From the NCBI GenBank assembly GCA_041661865.1, contig JBAZTO010000016.1, positions 2,201-66,200 of the forward strand: DNA of 64,000 bases. The letters are read 5' to 3'. This document shows positions 1-11,356 of this stretch, piece by piece. Both the position numbers and the translations under genes were made by a program. Under the pieces are notes generated by a model, which was not told the origin of the DNA, ran no database searches, and was given only the letters and a program-made list of their open reading frames with translations. Numbering within the stretch: the stretch's first letter is position 1; every line of letters starts with the position of its first letter. Source of the DNA: Phycisphaerae bacterium. Its GTDB lineage: Bacteria > Planctomycetota > Phycisphaerae > SM23-33.

Positions 1-1067
1 CCCGCCGCGCGGTTCATCACCGTGCCCAGTTGCCCGGTCCGCTCGCCCGCGGCGATCATCTGGGTGATGGGCTGGGGCATCAGCGGGGCGTTCTGAAGCT
101 CGTCGGTCAGCGACGCGCCCTCCTCCACCTTGCCGGCCGTCTGCCGCCACATCAGGCTGAAGTAGTGATTGCCCGCGACCTCCGCCGTCAGGTTCAGCGC
201 GTCCAGCATGCTCACGCCGGTGTTAATCATCGTGGCCAGCGTCCGCAGCGAGCGGGCCATGCAGGCCTTGCGGATCATAGGCCCGATGACCGGAAGCTTC
301 AGGCGGATATCGTCCAGGGCCAACTGTCCGCGCGGGGTTTTTTGCAGGTAATAGATGCCGCAGCCAATGCCCGCCAGACCGACCACGACCACCGGCCAGT
401 AATTCACCAGGCCGTTGCTGGCGCCCAGCAGTATCCGCGTGGGCAGCGGCAGCACCGCGCCCTTGCCGGCGTAGATCTTCTCGAACCGGGGCAGCACGAA
501 CACCAGCAGCGCCGTGACCACCAGCACGCAGAAACCCAACATGCAGGCGGGATAGATCATGGCCCCCTTGACCCGCTTGCGAACGTCGCGGTCCTGTTCA
601 AGGTACTCGCTGACGCGCTGGAGCATGGTGCCCAGCATGCCCGAGGCCTCCGACGCCCGCACCATCGCGACGAACAGCTTGTTGAAGACCCTGGGGTGCT
701 TCTCCAACGCCCCCGAAAAGTCCGAGCCGCCCTTGACCTGCTCGCTGATGTCGCAGATCACATCCCGCATTCCGCCGGGCGAGCTCCCCTGCACGATGCT
801 GTCCAGCGAGTCCGACAGCGGCACGCCGGTATCGACCATCACGGCCAACTGGGAGCAAAAGAAGATCACGTCGTCCTTCTTGACCTTCATTTTGCCGCCG
901 GCGCAACGAGCCTTGGCCTTGATCTGCTGCCTCCCCTCGGGAGCCAGCGCCACGATGGTCTTGCCGTCGCGTCGGAGCAGGCGAGAGGCGTCGGCCAGGT
1001 CGTTGGCCGTCAGAACGCCGGCCACCGACTGCCCGGCGTTGTCGCGTGCCTGGAATTTGAATCGCAT
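1..1067 (-). CDS. pilC: Type IV pilus/T2SS inner-membrane platform protein PilC/GspF (3' end runs off the window)
   Basis: Translated by hand from ATG at 1067: MRFKFQARDNAGQSVAGVLTANDLADASRLLRRDGKTIV..., with later T2SSF-type segments (LATMVDTGVP, LVRASEASGML, IYPACM). Missing from the ORF track because it is open at the window edge. Directly follows pilT. Confidence 0.93.
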   Translation of the reverse strand, partial: MRFKFQARDNAGQSVAGVLTANDLADASRLLRRDGKTIVALAPEGRQQIKAKARCAGGKMKVKKDDVIFFCSQLAVMVDTGVPLSDSLDSIVQGSSPGGMRDVICDISEQVKGGSDFSGALEKHPRVFNKLFVAMVRASEASGMLGTMLQRVSEYLEQDRDVRKRVKGAMIYPACMLGFCVLVVTALLVFVLPRFEKIYAGKGAVLPLPTRILLGASNGLVNYWPVVVVGLAGIGCGIYYLQKTPRGQLALDDIRLKLPVIGPMIRKACMARSLRTLATMINTGVSMLDALNLTAEVAGNHYFSLMWRQTAGKVEEGASLTDELQNAPLMPQPITQMIAAGERTGQLGTVMNRAA

Positions 1068-1083
1068 AAGGAACCTTCTTTGT

Positions 1084-2142
1084 TCAGGCCACCAGCCGTG
1101 CCAGCTTCTCGGGGTTCTGCGACTTGGCCAGACCCTCGGCCAGGCTGACCTTGCCTGATGAGATCAGCTCGGCGATGGCCATGTCGATGCTCTGCATGCC
1201 CACGGACCTGCCCGTCTCGATCATGCCGGCGATCAGGTGCGTCTCGTTGTCGCGAATGGCCCGGCGGATGGCCGGGTTGGGGATCATAATCTCGACGGCC
1301 GGCACCAGGCCGCCGTCGCTCTCGTCGCGGAAAAGCCGCTGGCAGATCACGCCCTGGAGCGTGCAGGCCAGTTGCACGCGGACCTGGTTCTGCTGGTCGG
1401 CCGGGAAGACGTCGATGATGCGGTTGATCGTCTCGACGGTGTTGCAGGTGTGCAGCGAGGCCAGCACCAGGTGCCCGATCTCCGCCGCCGTCAGCGTGGC
1501 CGAGATGGTCTCCAGATCCCGCATCTCGCCGACCATGACCACGTCGGGGCGCTGGCGGACGATGTGCCGCAAGGCCGAGCCGAACGACTCGCTGTCCTGG
1601 CCGATCTGGCGCTGCTCGATGAGGCTCTTGCCGTGGACAAAGGTGAACTCCACCGGGTCTTCCATGGTGATGACGTGGTAGGCGTAGGTGGCATTGACGT
1701 GGCCGATGAGCGAGGCCAGCGTGGTGCTCTTGCCCGTCCCGGTCCCCCCGGCCACCAGGACCATGCCGTGCGGCAGGTCGGCCAGGTCGCGAACGCGCGG
1801 CGGCAGCTTGAGCTTGTCGAACTCCGGCACCGCGTGCGGTATGTACCTCATGGCCGCCGACAACGTCCCCCGCTGCCGGTGGAGGTTAACGCGCACGCGC
1901 CCCACGCCGGCACGCCCCACGGAGAAATCCACGTCCCCGGTGCGGTCGAGCCGCTCCCGCTGCTCGGCGCTGAGCTGCGGATGAAAGCACTCGGCAATGT
2001 CCGACTCGCCCAGCGGCTCGGTTCCGATCGGCTGCATCTGGCCGACCACCCACAAGGCCGGCGGCGCCCCGGTCACGAAAAGCATATCCGAGCCACGCCT
2101 TTGCACCATCGTTTCGAGTACTCTGTCGATTGTCCAGGACAC
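1084..2142 (-). CDS. pilT: Type IV pilus retraction ATPase PilT
   Basis: Walker A GGTGTGKSTT, TMEDPVEF, LRHIVRQRPDVVMVGEMRD, AAEIGHLVLASLHT and a C-terminal AIRRAIRD (AIRNLIRE-like) motif. Confidence 0.93.
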   Translation of the reverse strand: MSWTIDRVLETMVQRRGSDMLFVTGAPPALWVVGQMQPIGTEPLGESDIAECFHPQLSAEQRERLDRTGDVDFSVGRAGVGRVRVNLHRQRGTLSAAMRYIPHAVPEFDKLKLPPRVRDLADLPHGMVLVAGGTGTGKSTTLASLIGHVNATYAYHVITMEDPVEFTFVHGKSLIEQRQIGQDSESFGSALRHIVRQRPDVVMVGEMRDLETISATLTAAEIGHLVLASLHTCNTVETINRIIDVFPADQQNQVRVQLACTLQGVICQRLFRDESDGGLVPAVEIMIPNPAIRRAIRDNETHLIAGMIETGRSVGMQSIDMAIAELISSGKVSLAEGLAKSQNPEKLARLVA

Positions 2143-2169
2143 GTTATGGTCTCCCGTCGTGTTAAAACA

Positions 2170-3882
<1,713 letters not shown>

Positions 3883-3908
3883 ATCGTTTCGACCCGCTCA
3901 CTTGTCTG

Positions 3909-4250
3909 CTACGACCGCACGGACTTGACGGCCTCCGCGGCGGTATCCAGAACCTCGAAGTATGTCAGCAAATGCGTGATCTCCAGGATTTTTCTGATGT
4001 TCTCATCGCAGTTGGTCAGCTTGACCTGCCCCATTCTCTGGGCCAACTGGTCCTGGAGGTCCATCAGGCACTCCAGGGACGCACTGTCGATAAACGGCAC
4101 CTGCTCCATATTCAGGATCAGGTCCACGATCCCATTGCCGGCCAACTGGTGATCCACCGCCTGCTTGAAGGCGACCAGACAATCTTCGGTCAGTTCACCC
4201 TTGATGTTGAGAATGACCGCGTGCCCATAACTTTCGGCGGCTACTTGCAT
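3909..4250 (-). CDS. STAS domain protein (anti-sigma-factor antagonist-like)
   Basis: 113 aa; IKGEL, DLILNMEQVPFIDSASL (STAS phosphoserine motif), VKLTNCDENIRKILEIT. Confidence 0.88.
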   Translation of the reverse strand: MQVAAESYGHAVILNIKGELTEDCLVAFKQAVDHQLAGNGIVDLILNMEQVPFIDSASLECLMDLQDQLAQRMGQVKLTNCDENIRKILEITHLLTYFEVLDTAAEAVKSVRS

Positions 4251-5896
4251 TCTTTGCTCCCTATCGCATCCAGGCCCAACGGGTTGGGCACCAGGATGCT
4301 CAGTTCATCCATAAAGGCGCTAAGGTCCATACTCAGCAGCTTGTCCACCAGCACCGCGTCCAGCTGGGTGCCGGCGTTACGCTTGATTTCGTCGGTGACG
4401 GCCGTCAGGGACATCGCCCGCCGGTAGGTTCGGTCGGAGGTCATGGCGTCGAAGCTGTCGGCCAGCCCGAGGATTCTGCCTTCCAGCGGCACCTGGTCGC
4501 CCTTGAGCCCGCGGGGATAGCCGCGCCCGTCGAGGCGTTCGTGATGCGTGACGATGCCCTCCACCACATCCTCCAACTGGCGGATGCCTCCGAGGATCCT
4601 GGCCCCGATGGCCGGGTGGCGCTTGACACTGTCGTACTCCTCGTCGGTCAGGCGGCCTGGCTTTCGCAGGACGCTCTCGGGCACGCCGATCTTGCCCACG
4701 TCGTGGAGCAGCCCGGCCAGGTAGATCCTCTGCGCGTGCTCGGCCGACAGGCCGCACGCCTCGGCCAGTCGCTTGGAAATGATCGCCACCCGCTGCGAAT
4801 GGCCGCAGGTGTAGGGATCCTTGGCGTCGATAGAGGCCGTCATCGCGTGCAAGACGCCCATCAACAGATCCTTCATGTCCGCGTAAAGCCGGCTGTACTC
4901 CAGAAAGACGGCCGTCTGCGTGCCCAGCGAACTGATGAGCTTGACATCGACGCTGTTGAAGTCGCCGCTGCGTTTGTTGAAGCCCATGAGCACGCCGATG
5001 GTCCGCTCGTCGCTGACCAGCGGGACAGCGATGAGGTTGCGGATATTGCCGGCGGCGCCGTAGGCGTGGCCGAAGTCGTTCTCGATGGCCGGATCCTGGT
5101 CCCGGATGAGCTTGCGGGCCACGAACTCGTCGGCCAGCAGCTTGATCTGCACGGCGTCGAGATTCATGTCCCCGGCGACCACGACGATCTCGTCCTCGGA
5201 GGGCCGCTTGGCATGAACCACCGCGGCGGCGGCGGAGATATTCATCACCTCCAGGATCTGCGAGCAGACGTTCTGGAGGAAATCTCGCGGCTGGCGGTTG
5301 ATGTTCATCGAGCCGGTAATGGCGTAGAGCAGGCCCAGTTCCTCGTAGGTGCTGGCCAGGTTGGCGCTGAGATTGCCCAACTCTTCCTGGCTGGTCTGGA
5401 CGGCCTGTTCGCGGGCGAGCATCCAGCCCAGGATTTTCAGGAAGTCGTCGGCCTGCGACAGCTCGTGCCGGCAGAAGGGCTGGGCCATGCCGAGGGCGGC
5501 CTGGCGGTCGATCTTGAGGCGGTCGCAGAGGCGGTTGAAGGCCTCGTCCTCCACCAACGAGCGAGGCAGGTAGCAGGCCACCGCCGCGCCCAACAGGCGT
5601 CGGCGTTGGTAGATGGGCACTCCAATCAGAGAGCAGCCGCAGGGAGAGACGCTTTGGGCCTGCCGGCCGTCATGCATCAGTTTGATGGCCAGGGACTCGG
5701 CGGCCTCGATGCAGCCGGCACGGCTTTCCTGGGCCATCTGGCAGAATTGACAAGGCGTCTGGAACTTGCCGGCCAGGCGTCCATTCTCGTCCCACACCGA
5801 GAGGTTCAGCCCGATCTCGCGCAACTGCGTCCGCAGTTGGGTCAACGCCCTGCCCATGGTCAGAAGCACACCGGGTTTTGCCGTGGTCGTCGTCAC
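4241..5896 (-). CDS. PocR-like sensor - GAF - HD-GYP c-di-GMP phosphodiesterase
   Basis: N-terminal CQFCQ...C...PCGCSLIGVPI (PocR-like); central LIAVPL...IGVLMGFNK...F (GAF); C-terminal DPYTCGHSQRV, HDVGK, HHERLDGRGYP, ADSFDAMTSDRTYR (intact HD-GYP). Confidence 0.9.
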   Translation of the reverse strand: MTTTTAKPGVLLTMGRALTQLRTQLREIGLNLSVWDENGRLAGKFQTPCQFCQMAQESRAGCIEAAESLAIKLMHDGRQAQSVSPCGCSLIGVPIYQRRRLLGAAVACYLPRSLVEDEAFNRLCDRLKIDRQAALGMAQPFCRHELSQADDFLKILGWMLAREQAVQTSQEELGNLSANLASTYEELGLLYAITGSMNINRQPRDFLQNVCSQILEVMNISAAAAVVHAKRPSEDEIVVVAGDMNLDAVQIKLLADEFVARKLIRDQDPAIENDFGHAYGAAGNIRNLIAVPLVSDERTIGVLMGFNKRSGDFNSVDVKLISSLGTQTAVFLEYSRLYADMKDLLMGVLHAMTASIDAKDPYTCGHSQRVAIISKRLAEACGLSAEHAQRIYLAGLLHDVGKIGVPESVLRKPGRLTDEEYDSVKRHPAIGARILGGIRQLEDVVEGIVTHHERLDGRGYPRGLKGDQVPLEGRILGLADSFDAMTSDRTYRRAMSLTAVTDEIKRNAGTQLDAVLVDKLLSMDLSAFMDELSILVPNPLGLDAIGSKECK

Positions 5897-5904
5897 TATC
5901 GCCC

Positions 5905-6309
5905 CTAGTTCGTTTGGATGGACTCACTCTCGATCGTCTCGTGCTCGCCCAGCAACTCGTGGACCTTCTGGAGTACTTCGCGCGGCGCGAACGGTTTGGC
6001 CAGGATCACCGAGATGCCCGCCTGCTGAAGCTCCGCCGGCTCGATATCGAACTCCCGCGCCGTCAGCATCATGGCCGGGATGTGGCGCGTGTCCTCGTGG
6101 CGGCGAAGTTCCCCGCAGAACTTCAGGCCGCTCATGAAAGGCATCTGGCAGTCCGTGATCACCAGGTCGGGCCTTTCCATCAGGCACAAGTCCAACGCCT
6201 CCTCGCCGTCCACCGCCGTCACCACGTCGTAACCGGCGTTCTTGAGCTTAAGTGACAGCACGTGCAGGATATGCGCCTCGTCGTCGGCAATCAGTATCTT
6301 CTTACTCAT
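5905..6309 (-). CDS. Single-domain response regulator (receiver only)
   Basis: ILIADDE, DLVITDCQMP (phospho-Asp), MLTA, KPF; no output domain. Confidence 0.93.
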   Translation of the reverse strand: MSKKILIADDEAHILHVLSLKLKNAGYDVVTAVDGEEALDLCLMERPDLVITDCQMPFMSGLKFCGELRRHEDTRHIPAMMLTAREFDIEPAELQQAGISVILAKPFAPREVLQKVHELLGEHETIESESIQTN

Positions 6310-6391
6310 ATGTCACCCGTTCAGACCCGCCGAGGTGTCCGTCAGTAGCCTCCGAGGCTCCGTCTCCAGACACATCGACACTTTTTGACCC

Positions 6392-7834
6392 TCATGCCAG
6401 TAACGGCAGTTCAAAACTGAAAGTGCTTCCCTTGCCCACTTCGCTGGTGACGGCCAGCTTGCCCTCGTGCGCCGTCTCGATGATGTGTTTGACCAGCGTC
6501 AGGCCCAGCCCGGTGCCCTTGGCCAGCTTGTTGTTGGCCTTGACCCGGTAGAACTTGTCGAAGATGCGGGGCAGATCCTGGGCGGGGATGCCCGCGCCGG
6601 TATCGGTGACCTCGCACACGGCCATGCCCCGCCGCTCGTCGGCCGAGACGCTTACGGTGATCGTGCCGCCGTCGGGGGTGTACTTGATGGCGTTGGAGAT
6701 CAGGTTCAGCGCCGCCTGGTAGATCATGTCGCGGTCGGCCTCCACCAGGTAGTACACCGGCGCGAGGCGCTCGACGACCTTGAGGGTCTTGGCCCGGGCC
6801 TGCGGGGCGGCCACGTCCAGGACCTTCCTGACCACCTCGGTCAGCACGATCGGCTCGCGGACCATCTTCACCACGCCCGACTCGATGCGGGAGATATTCA
6901 GAATGTTCTCGATGAGCCGGTGGAGACGGTCGGTCTCGCTGGAGATGATCTCGTAGAACTCGCGCTGGGTCTTGTCGTCCTTGGCCTCGCCGTCCACCAG
7001 CATCTCCACATAGGCCTTGATGGAGGCCAGCGGCGTCTTGAGTTCGTGCGAGACGTTGGAGACGAAGTCGGACTTCATCTTGGCGATTTCTTTCTCGCGC
7101 GTCACGTCATGCAGCACGGCCACCACGCCCGAGACCTCCTCGTTGGTGTTGACCACGCAGCTCAGGGTGATGTTGAAGGTTCGCGGGGTGCCCTTCTGGT
7201 CAATACTGTGTTCGACGACGTTTCGCGTGTGGCTTCGGCCGTGGCTGCGCGTCTCGCGAACCAGCCGCACCAGCGTGCCGTCGGAGATGATCTGGTCGAT
7301 GTTCTTCCGCTGGTTGCCCTCGCACTTGAAGACCAGCAACTTCTCAGCCGCCTCGTTGGCCAGGATCAGTTCGTCAAAACGGTTGGTCACGATCACGCCG
7401 TCGGAAATGGAGAAGATGATCGCCTCGGTGTGGTTCTTCTCGGCGGCGGAAATGCGGGCCTGGATCTGGAGTTCGCGATTCTCGGCCTGGATTTCGTCCA
7501 TCCGGCTGCGCGTGAGCGAAAGAAGCTGGTTGAGCGGCCGGACGACCTGTCCCAACTCGCAGGCGTCCTCGGCCAGCACCAGGCCGTACTGCCCGGTGCG
7601 GCACATCGTCTCGATCTGCCGGGCGACGGAGGTCAGCTCGCGGTAGACCCGCCGCCAGAAGGCCAGCAGGATCAGGATCGTCAGCACGGCCACCAGCGCG
7701 TAGACCAGGCCGTTAAGCCCTTTGCCTCCGGCGAGATGGCCTTGCACAACCATCATGGTGGCGTAGTAAGCGGCGCTGGCGCCCAGCACGACGAGCGTGA
7801 TGCTTGCCAGCCCCAGTCTTTTGGCGATTGTCAC
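6392..7834 (-). CDS. Membrane PAS-domain sensor histidine kinase
   Basis: H-box SHELKTPL, N-box NLISNAIKY, DTGAGI, GTGLGL; PAS region (ISDGVIVTN...LANEAA); two N-terminal hydrophobic helices. Start moved from the track's 8065 to GTG at 7834, which has a GGAGG SD upstream. Confidence 0.92.
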   Translation of the reverse strand: MTIAKRLGLASITLVVLGASAAYYATMMVVQGHLAGGKGLNGLVYALVAVLTILILLAFWRRVYRELTSVARQIETMCRTGQYGLVLAEDACELGQVVRPLNQLLSLTRSRMDEIQAENRELQIQARISAAEKNHTEAIIFSISDGVIVTNRFDELILANEAAEKLLVFKCEGNQRKNIDQIISDGTLVRLVRETRSHGRSHTRNVVEHSIDQKGTPRTFNITLSCVVNTNEEVSGVVAVLHDVTREKEIAKMKSDFVSNVSHELKTPLASIKAYVEMLVDGEAKDDKTQREFYEIISSETDRLHRLIENILNISRIESGVVKMVREPIVLTEVVRKVLDVAAPQARAKTLKVVERLAPVYYLVEADRDMIYQAALNLISNAIKYTPDGGTITVSVSADERRGMAVCEVTDTGAGIPAQDLPRIFDKFYRVKANNKLAKGTGLGLTLVKHIIETAHEGKLAVTSEVGKGSTFSFELPLLA

Positions 7835-7923
7835 GTTGGCAGCCTCCACAAAAAGGGTCCAGCCGGCCCCTGGCGGTGGGAACGAGTCTTGCCCGCCAGA
7901 GGACCGGAAGGCCCGCAGTACAC

Positions 7924-9110
7924 TTAAGGAACGCTTACGGCGTTGGAATTGCCCGACAAGGCCTTGGCCAGCGCGTTGTTGGGCTCGAGCTTCAGGGCCA
8001 GGCTGTAGCACTGTGCCGCCTGGTCCGTCTGGCCGCTGAGGGCGTGGGCCTTGCCCAGCAGGCACTGATCGTGCCGCTGGTGGAATTGGCCGCGGCCAGG
8101 GGTTCGAGCACCCTGATGGCCTGATCGGCCTGCCCCTGGCTGATCAACGCGTAGCCCAGGACGATGCCCGCCTCAACATTGGTGGAATCCAGCTTGAGGA
8201 CCTCCTTGGCGTTGAGGAGGGCCCGTCGGCCGTCGGCCATGGCCAGCGAGGCCTTGGCGATGCCCAGCCACGCGGCGGCATTGTTGGGTTCCAGTTCGGC
8301 GGCTCGGGAGAAGGCCTCCCGGGCGGCTGGGGCGCGTTTCATGCCCAGCAGGGCCGAACCCAGCGAGGTCTGAACCCAGGCCTGGGTCTTGTACTCGGGA
8401 ATCTCCGCCAGGCGCGTGAACGACTCGGCCGCCTTGCCGTACTGGCCGCCCAATAGCTGAGCCCGTCCCAACGCCTCCAGGTAGGAGGGGTTCTTGTAGT
8501 CCAGGGCACGGGCCGACTGGTAATACTTCTGCGCCTTGTCGTACGCGCCGCGCATCATGGCCAGGCGACCCGCCAGCTCGTAGAGGCCCGGGTTGTTGCC
8601 GGCATCCTCGATGCGGGCCTCGACCTCCACCTGCGCCTCTTCCACTTTGCCCATCTGGACCAGCACCTCGCCGATGGCAATGACCGTCTCCAGCGACTGG
8701 GGGTCCAGCACCGCGGCCTGGCGGTAACTGGCCAGCGCCTGCTCAAACTTACCCGCCTTCTCCTGGGCCACGCCCAGCAGGTAGCAGGCCTCGCTCGACT
8801 GCGGGCGCGCCTGGCAGACCTGCTGCAACTCGCTGCCGGCCGAATCGTATTCTCCCTGCTCTATGTAGGCCCGGCCCAGCAGCGTCCGGGCGTCGGAGTT
8901 GTCCTTCTCCAGCGCCAAGGATTCCTTGGCCGCCTTGGCGGCGTTGTCCACCTGGCCGACCTTGAGGTACTCGCTGGCCAGCCCGCACAAAACGTTCGAC
9001 CGGGCGTGATACCACCTCTTGTAGGCCTCCTCCTTGGAAACCTTCTGCGAGGCGGCTTGGCATCCAGCCAGCAGAGCCACAACCATTGCTGTAAAAATCC
9101 ATCGGGCCAT
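7924..9110 (-). pseudogene. TPR-repeat lipoprotein (pilotin PilF/PilW- or MshN-like) with an apparent 1-nt frameshift near 8067
   Basis: Lipobox LLAGC and many TPRs. The track ORF ends in non-TPR junk at 7992, while another frame from about 8067 reads QCLLGKAHALSGQTDQAAQCYSLALKLEPNNALAKAL... to TAA at 7924-7926, a good final TPR. It could be a sequencing error. Confidence 0.75.
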
Positions 9111-9184
9111 GTGAAGCTCCTATGACTTCATGTTTACCGATATTGCGCAAACAACCTAAATTGACACATGTGAGCAAAAAAAAC

Positions 9185-11269
9185 CTACTCCTTGGCCGGC
9201 TGGGTCGTCAGTGCCTGGGTCGAGACCGCGTTCGGGGCCGGAACCGGGGCCTCTGCCGGGGCCGGGGGCATATGCATCTTGACCTTCCGGTCGGCGCCGC
9301 TGCTGGCGGCGGGCGGCATGATCGGGTCCATCGGCCGCGGCTCGATGTCGAAGGCTTCGCGGACTTCCGGCGCGACGTCCCTGGCATGCAGGGGCTTGTC
9401 GGGAGGAATGATCCGCTGGACGGGCAGGCCCATTTCCTGCATCATCATCCGCTGCACGATGTAGGCGGCGGTGGAATCCTGGTAGTAGTCCGACCAGAAC
9501 GCCTTGCCGGTGATCTGTTCTTTCAGCGCGATGGCCTCGGTGAAGCGAGGTTCCAGGGACAGGGCCATATCGACATTCCACAGGGCCTTGTCTTCCTGCC
9601 CCTCGTTGAGGGCCTGGCGCGCCCAGCCCAGATGCGTTTGGGCCAGACGGTCGCGACCCCACCATTGCACGCCTTTACGCTGGCCGATACGGTAGCGGTT
9701 CACGTCGTCCTTCAGTTGCTCGCTGGTGGCCTCGTCGGCCGCCTGGCGAATAATGTGCGGCGTCAGCAGGATGATCAACTCCTTGCGGCGAGTCTTGTCC
9801 GCGGTCCGGCGGAAGGCCGCCCCGATGACCGGCAGGTTGCCCAGCATCGGGATCTGCGAGCGGTTGTTGTCGGTCTGCTCGCGGAACAGGCCGCCCAACA
9901 CGATGGTGTGGCCGTCGCGGACGAAGATGTTGGTCGTCAGCTCCGTGCTCTTCTTGCTGGGAATGGTATTGCCCGATACCTCCGTGACGCTTCCGGTGCT
10001 GTCCTCGGGATGGATCTCCAGACGCAGGTATCCGTCCTTGGCGATGTACGGCCGCACGATCAGGCGAGTGCCGGTTTGTAGGAACGCCACCGACTGGGTG
10101 ACCTGGCCTTCCGTGGTCGTCGTCGTGAGATAACCCAGTTCGTCACCGACCAGGACTTCGCCGCGTTGCTTGTTGACGATCAGCAGCTTGGGGTTGGCCA
10201 GCACCGTCGTGTCGACCACGCTCTCCAACGCGCTGACGAACGCCGAGACGTTGTTGGTGACAATGCCGAACTTCATGCCGCCCGGCACCGTCGGAAAATC
10301 AGTCCGGAAATTACTGACGGGCGCCTTGCTCATGTTGGCCGTGGACAGCCCGGTATTGGTGATGGTGCCGATGGGATCGCTGGTCGAACCCAGCGTCTCA
10401 AAGTCCACGCCGCACAACGTGGTTAAGTTCACGCCCAGGGCATTGTCTTCCGTCAGTTCGGCGCTGAGGATGGTCGCCTCCAGGAGTACCTGTTCGGGCC
10501 TGACATCCAGCCTGTTGAGGATCTGCTCGACCTGCTTGAGGTTGTCCTCGTAGTCCGTCACGATCAGCACGTCGCCGGAGGCCGTGCTGTTGCCCCCGGT
10601 ATCGGTGTTGCTGGGTCCGATGCCCGTCCCCGCGTCGGGAGTGGTGGAAACCAGGGCCTCCTTCGACAACACCGGGGCGATCAGATCCTTGGTGTCCTTG
10701 GCGTTGATGTAGGACAGGTGGAAGGTGCGGGTGGACACCTTCTGGGCAGCCCTCTCGGCCTCTTCCTTTTGCTTGGGCGTGTAGACGTAGATGAAGCCGT
10801 CCTTCTCCAGGTAGACAAAGCCCGTCGAGCGGAGCACCGCGTCCAGGGCGTCCTTGAAGCTCACGCCGTACAGGTCGGCCGTCACGGTGCCGGCGACGTC
10901 CCGGGTGGCCACGATGTTCTTCTTGCCCTGGGTGCTGAGCAACTGGAGCACGCCGCGAAGGTCGGCGCCTTGGACGTGGATCTCGAACGTGCCGGGCTTG
11001 GTCACGCGGACAGGATCCCCCTCGGCGTTGGGGTCGAGGGAGTTGGCGGCCTGCCGATTCGGCGTGGCGGCCTGGGCCGCCGGCGGAGTGGTTCCAGACA
11101 CTTCGGCGGACTTGGGCGCCACCAGCCCGCTGAGAGTCTTTGACGGAGAGGACGCGGACGGAGAGGACGCGGATTTATCTTCCGCCGCGGCCACCCGGGG
11201 GAGGGTCAACACAATAAGGGCGGCCAATCCAGTCCCCGCCCATAACACCTTTGAGCTCCGCGATATCAT
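9185..11269 (-). CDS. pilQ: Secretin (PilQ/MshL/GspD family) with C-terminal extension
   Basis: Signal peptide; STN/N0-like region (DLRGVLQLLS...KNIVAT...VTADL); N3 region; secretin core (QVLLEATIL, LANPKLLIVN...GE, DGHTIVLGGLF, IPMLGNLPVIGAAFR, ELIILLTPHII). Confidence 0.92.
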   Translation of the reverse strand: MISRSSKVLWAGTGLAALIVLTLPRVAAAEDKSASSPSASSPSKTLSGLVAPKSAEVSGTTPPAAQAATPNRQAANSLDPNAEGDPVRVTKPGTFEIHVQGADLRGVLQLLSTQGKKNIVATRDVAGTVTADLYGVSFKDALDAVLRSTGFVYLEKDGFIYVYTPKQKEEAERAAQKVSTRTFHLSYINAKDTKDLIAPVLSKEALVSTTPDAGTGIGPSNTDTGGNSTASGDVLIVTDYEDNLKQVEQILNRLDVRPEQVLLEATILSAELTEDNALGVNLTTLCGVDFETLGSTSDPIGTITNTGLSTANMSKAPVSNFRTDFPTVPGGMKFGIVTNNVSAFVSALESVVDTTVLANPKLLIVNKQRGEVLVGDELGYLTTTTTEGQVTQSVAFLQTGTRLIVRPYIAKDGYLRLEIHPEDSTGSVTEVSGNTIPSKKSTELTTNIFVRDGHTIVLGGLFREQTDNNRSQIPMLGNLPVIGAAFRRTADKTRRKELIILLTPHIIRQAADEATSEQLKDDVNRYRIGQRKGVQWWGRDRLAQTHLGWARQALNEGQEDKALWNVDMALSLEPRFTEAIALKEQITGKAFWSDYYQDSTAAYIVQRMMMQEMGLPVQRIIPPDKPLHARDVAPEVREAFDIEPRPMDPIMPPAASSGADRKVKMHMPPAPAEAPVPAPNAVSTQALTTQPAKE

Positions 11270-11356
11270 TTTCGTACTCCTTACTAGGGGTGGCTACCTC
11301 TACGAGCAGCCTGGGTTAATCTGTATCCGTAGCGCCTCTTGCGGCGCAAACCAGGG

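Noticed and set aside
7835-8065. N-terminal extension of the histidine kinase given in the ORF track
   Set aside because: Overlaps the true 3' end of the TPR gene; a GTG with a good SD at 7834 is the better start.
11142-11171. 15-bp tandem duplication (GACGGAGAGGACGCG x2) in the secretin gene
   Set aside because: In frame, within a disordered Ser/Pro linker; likely neutral.
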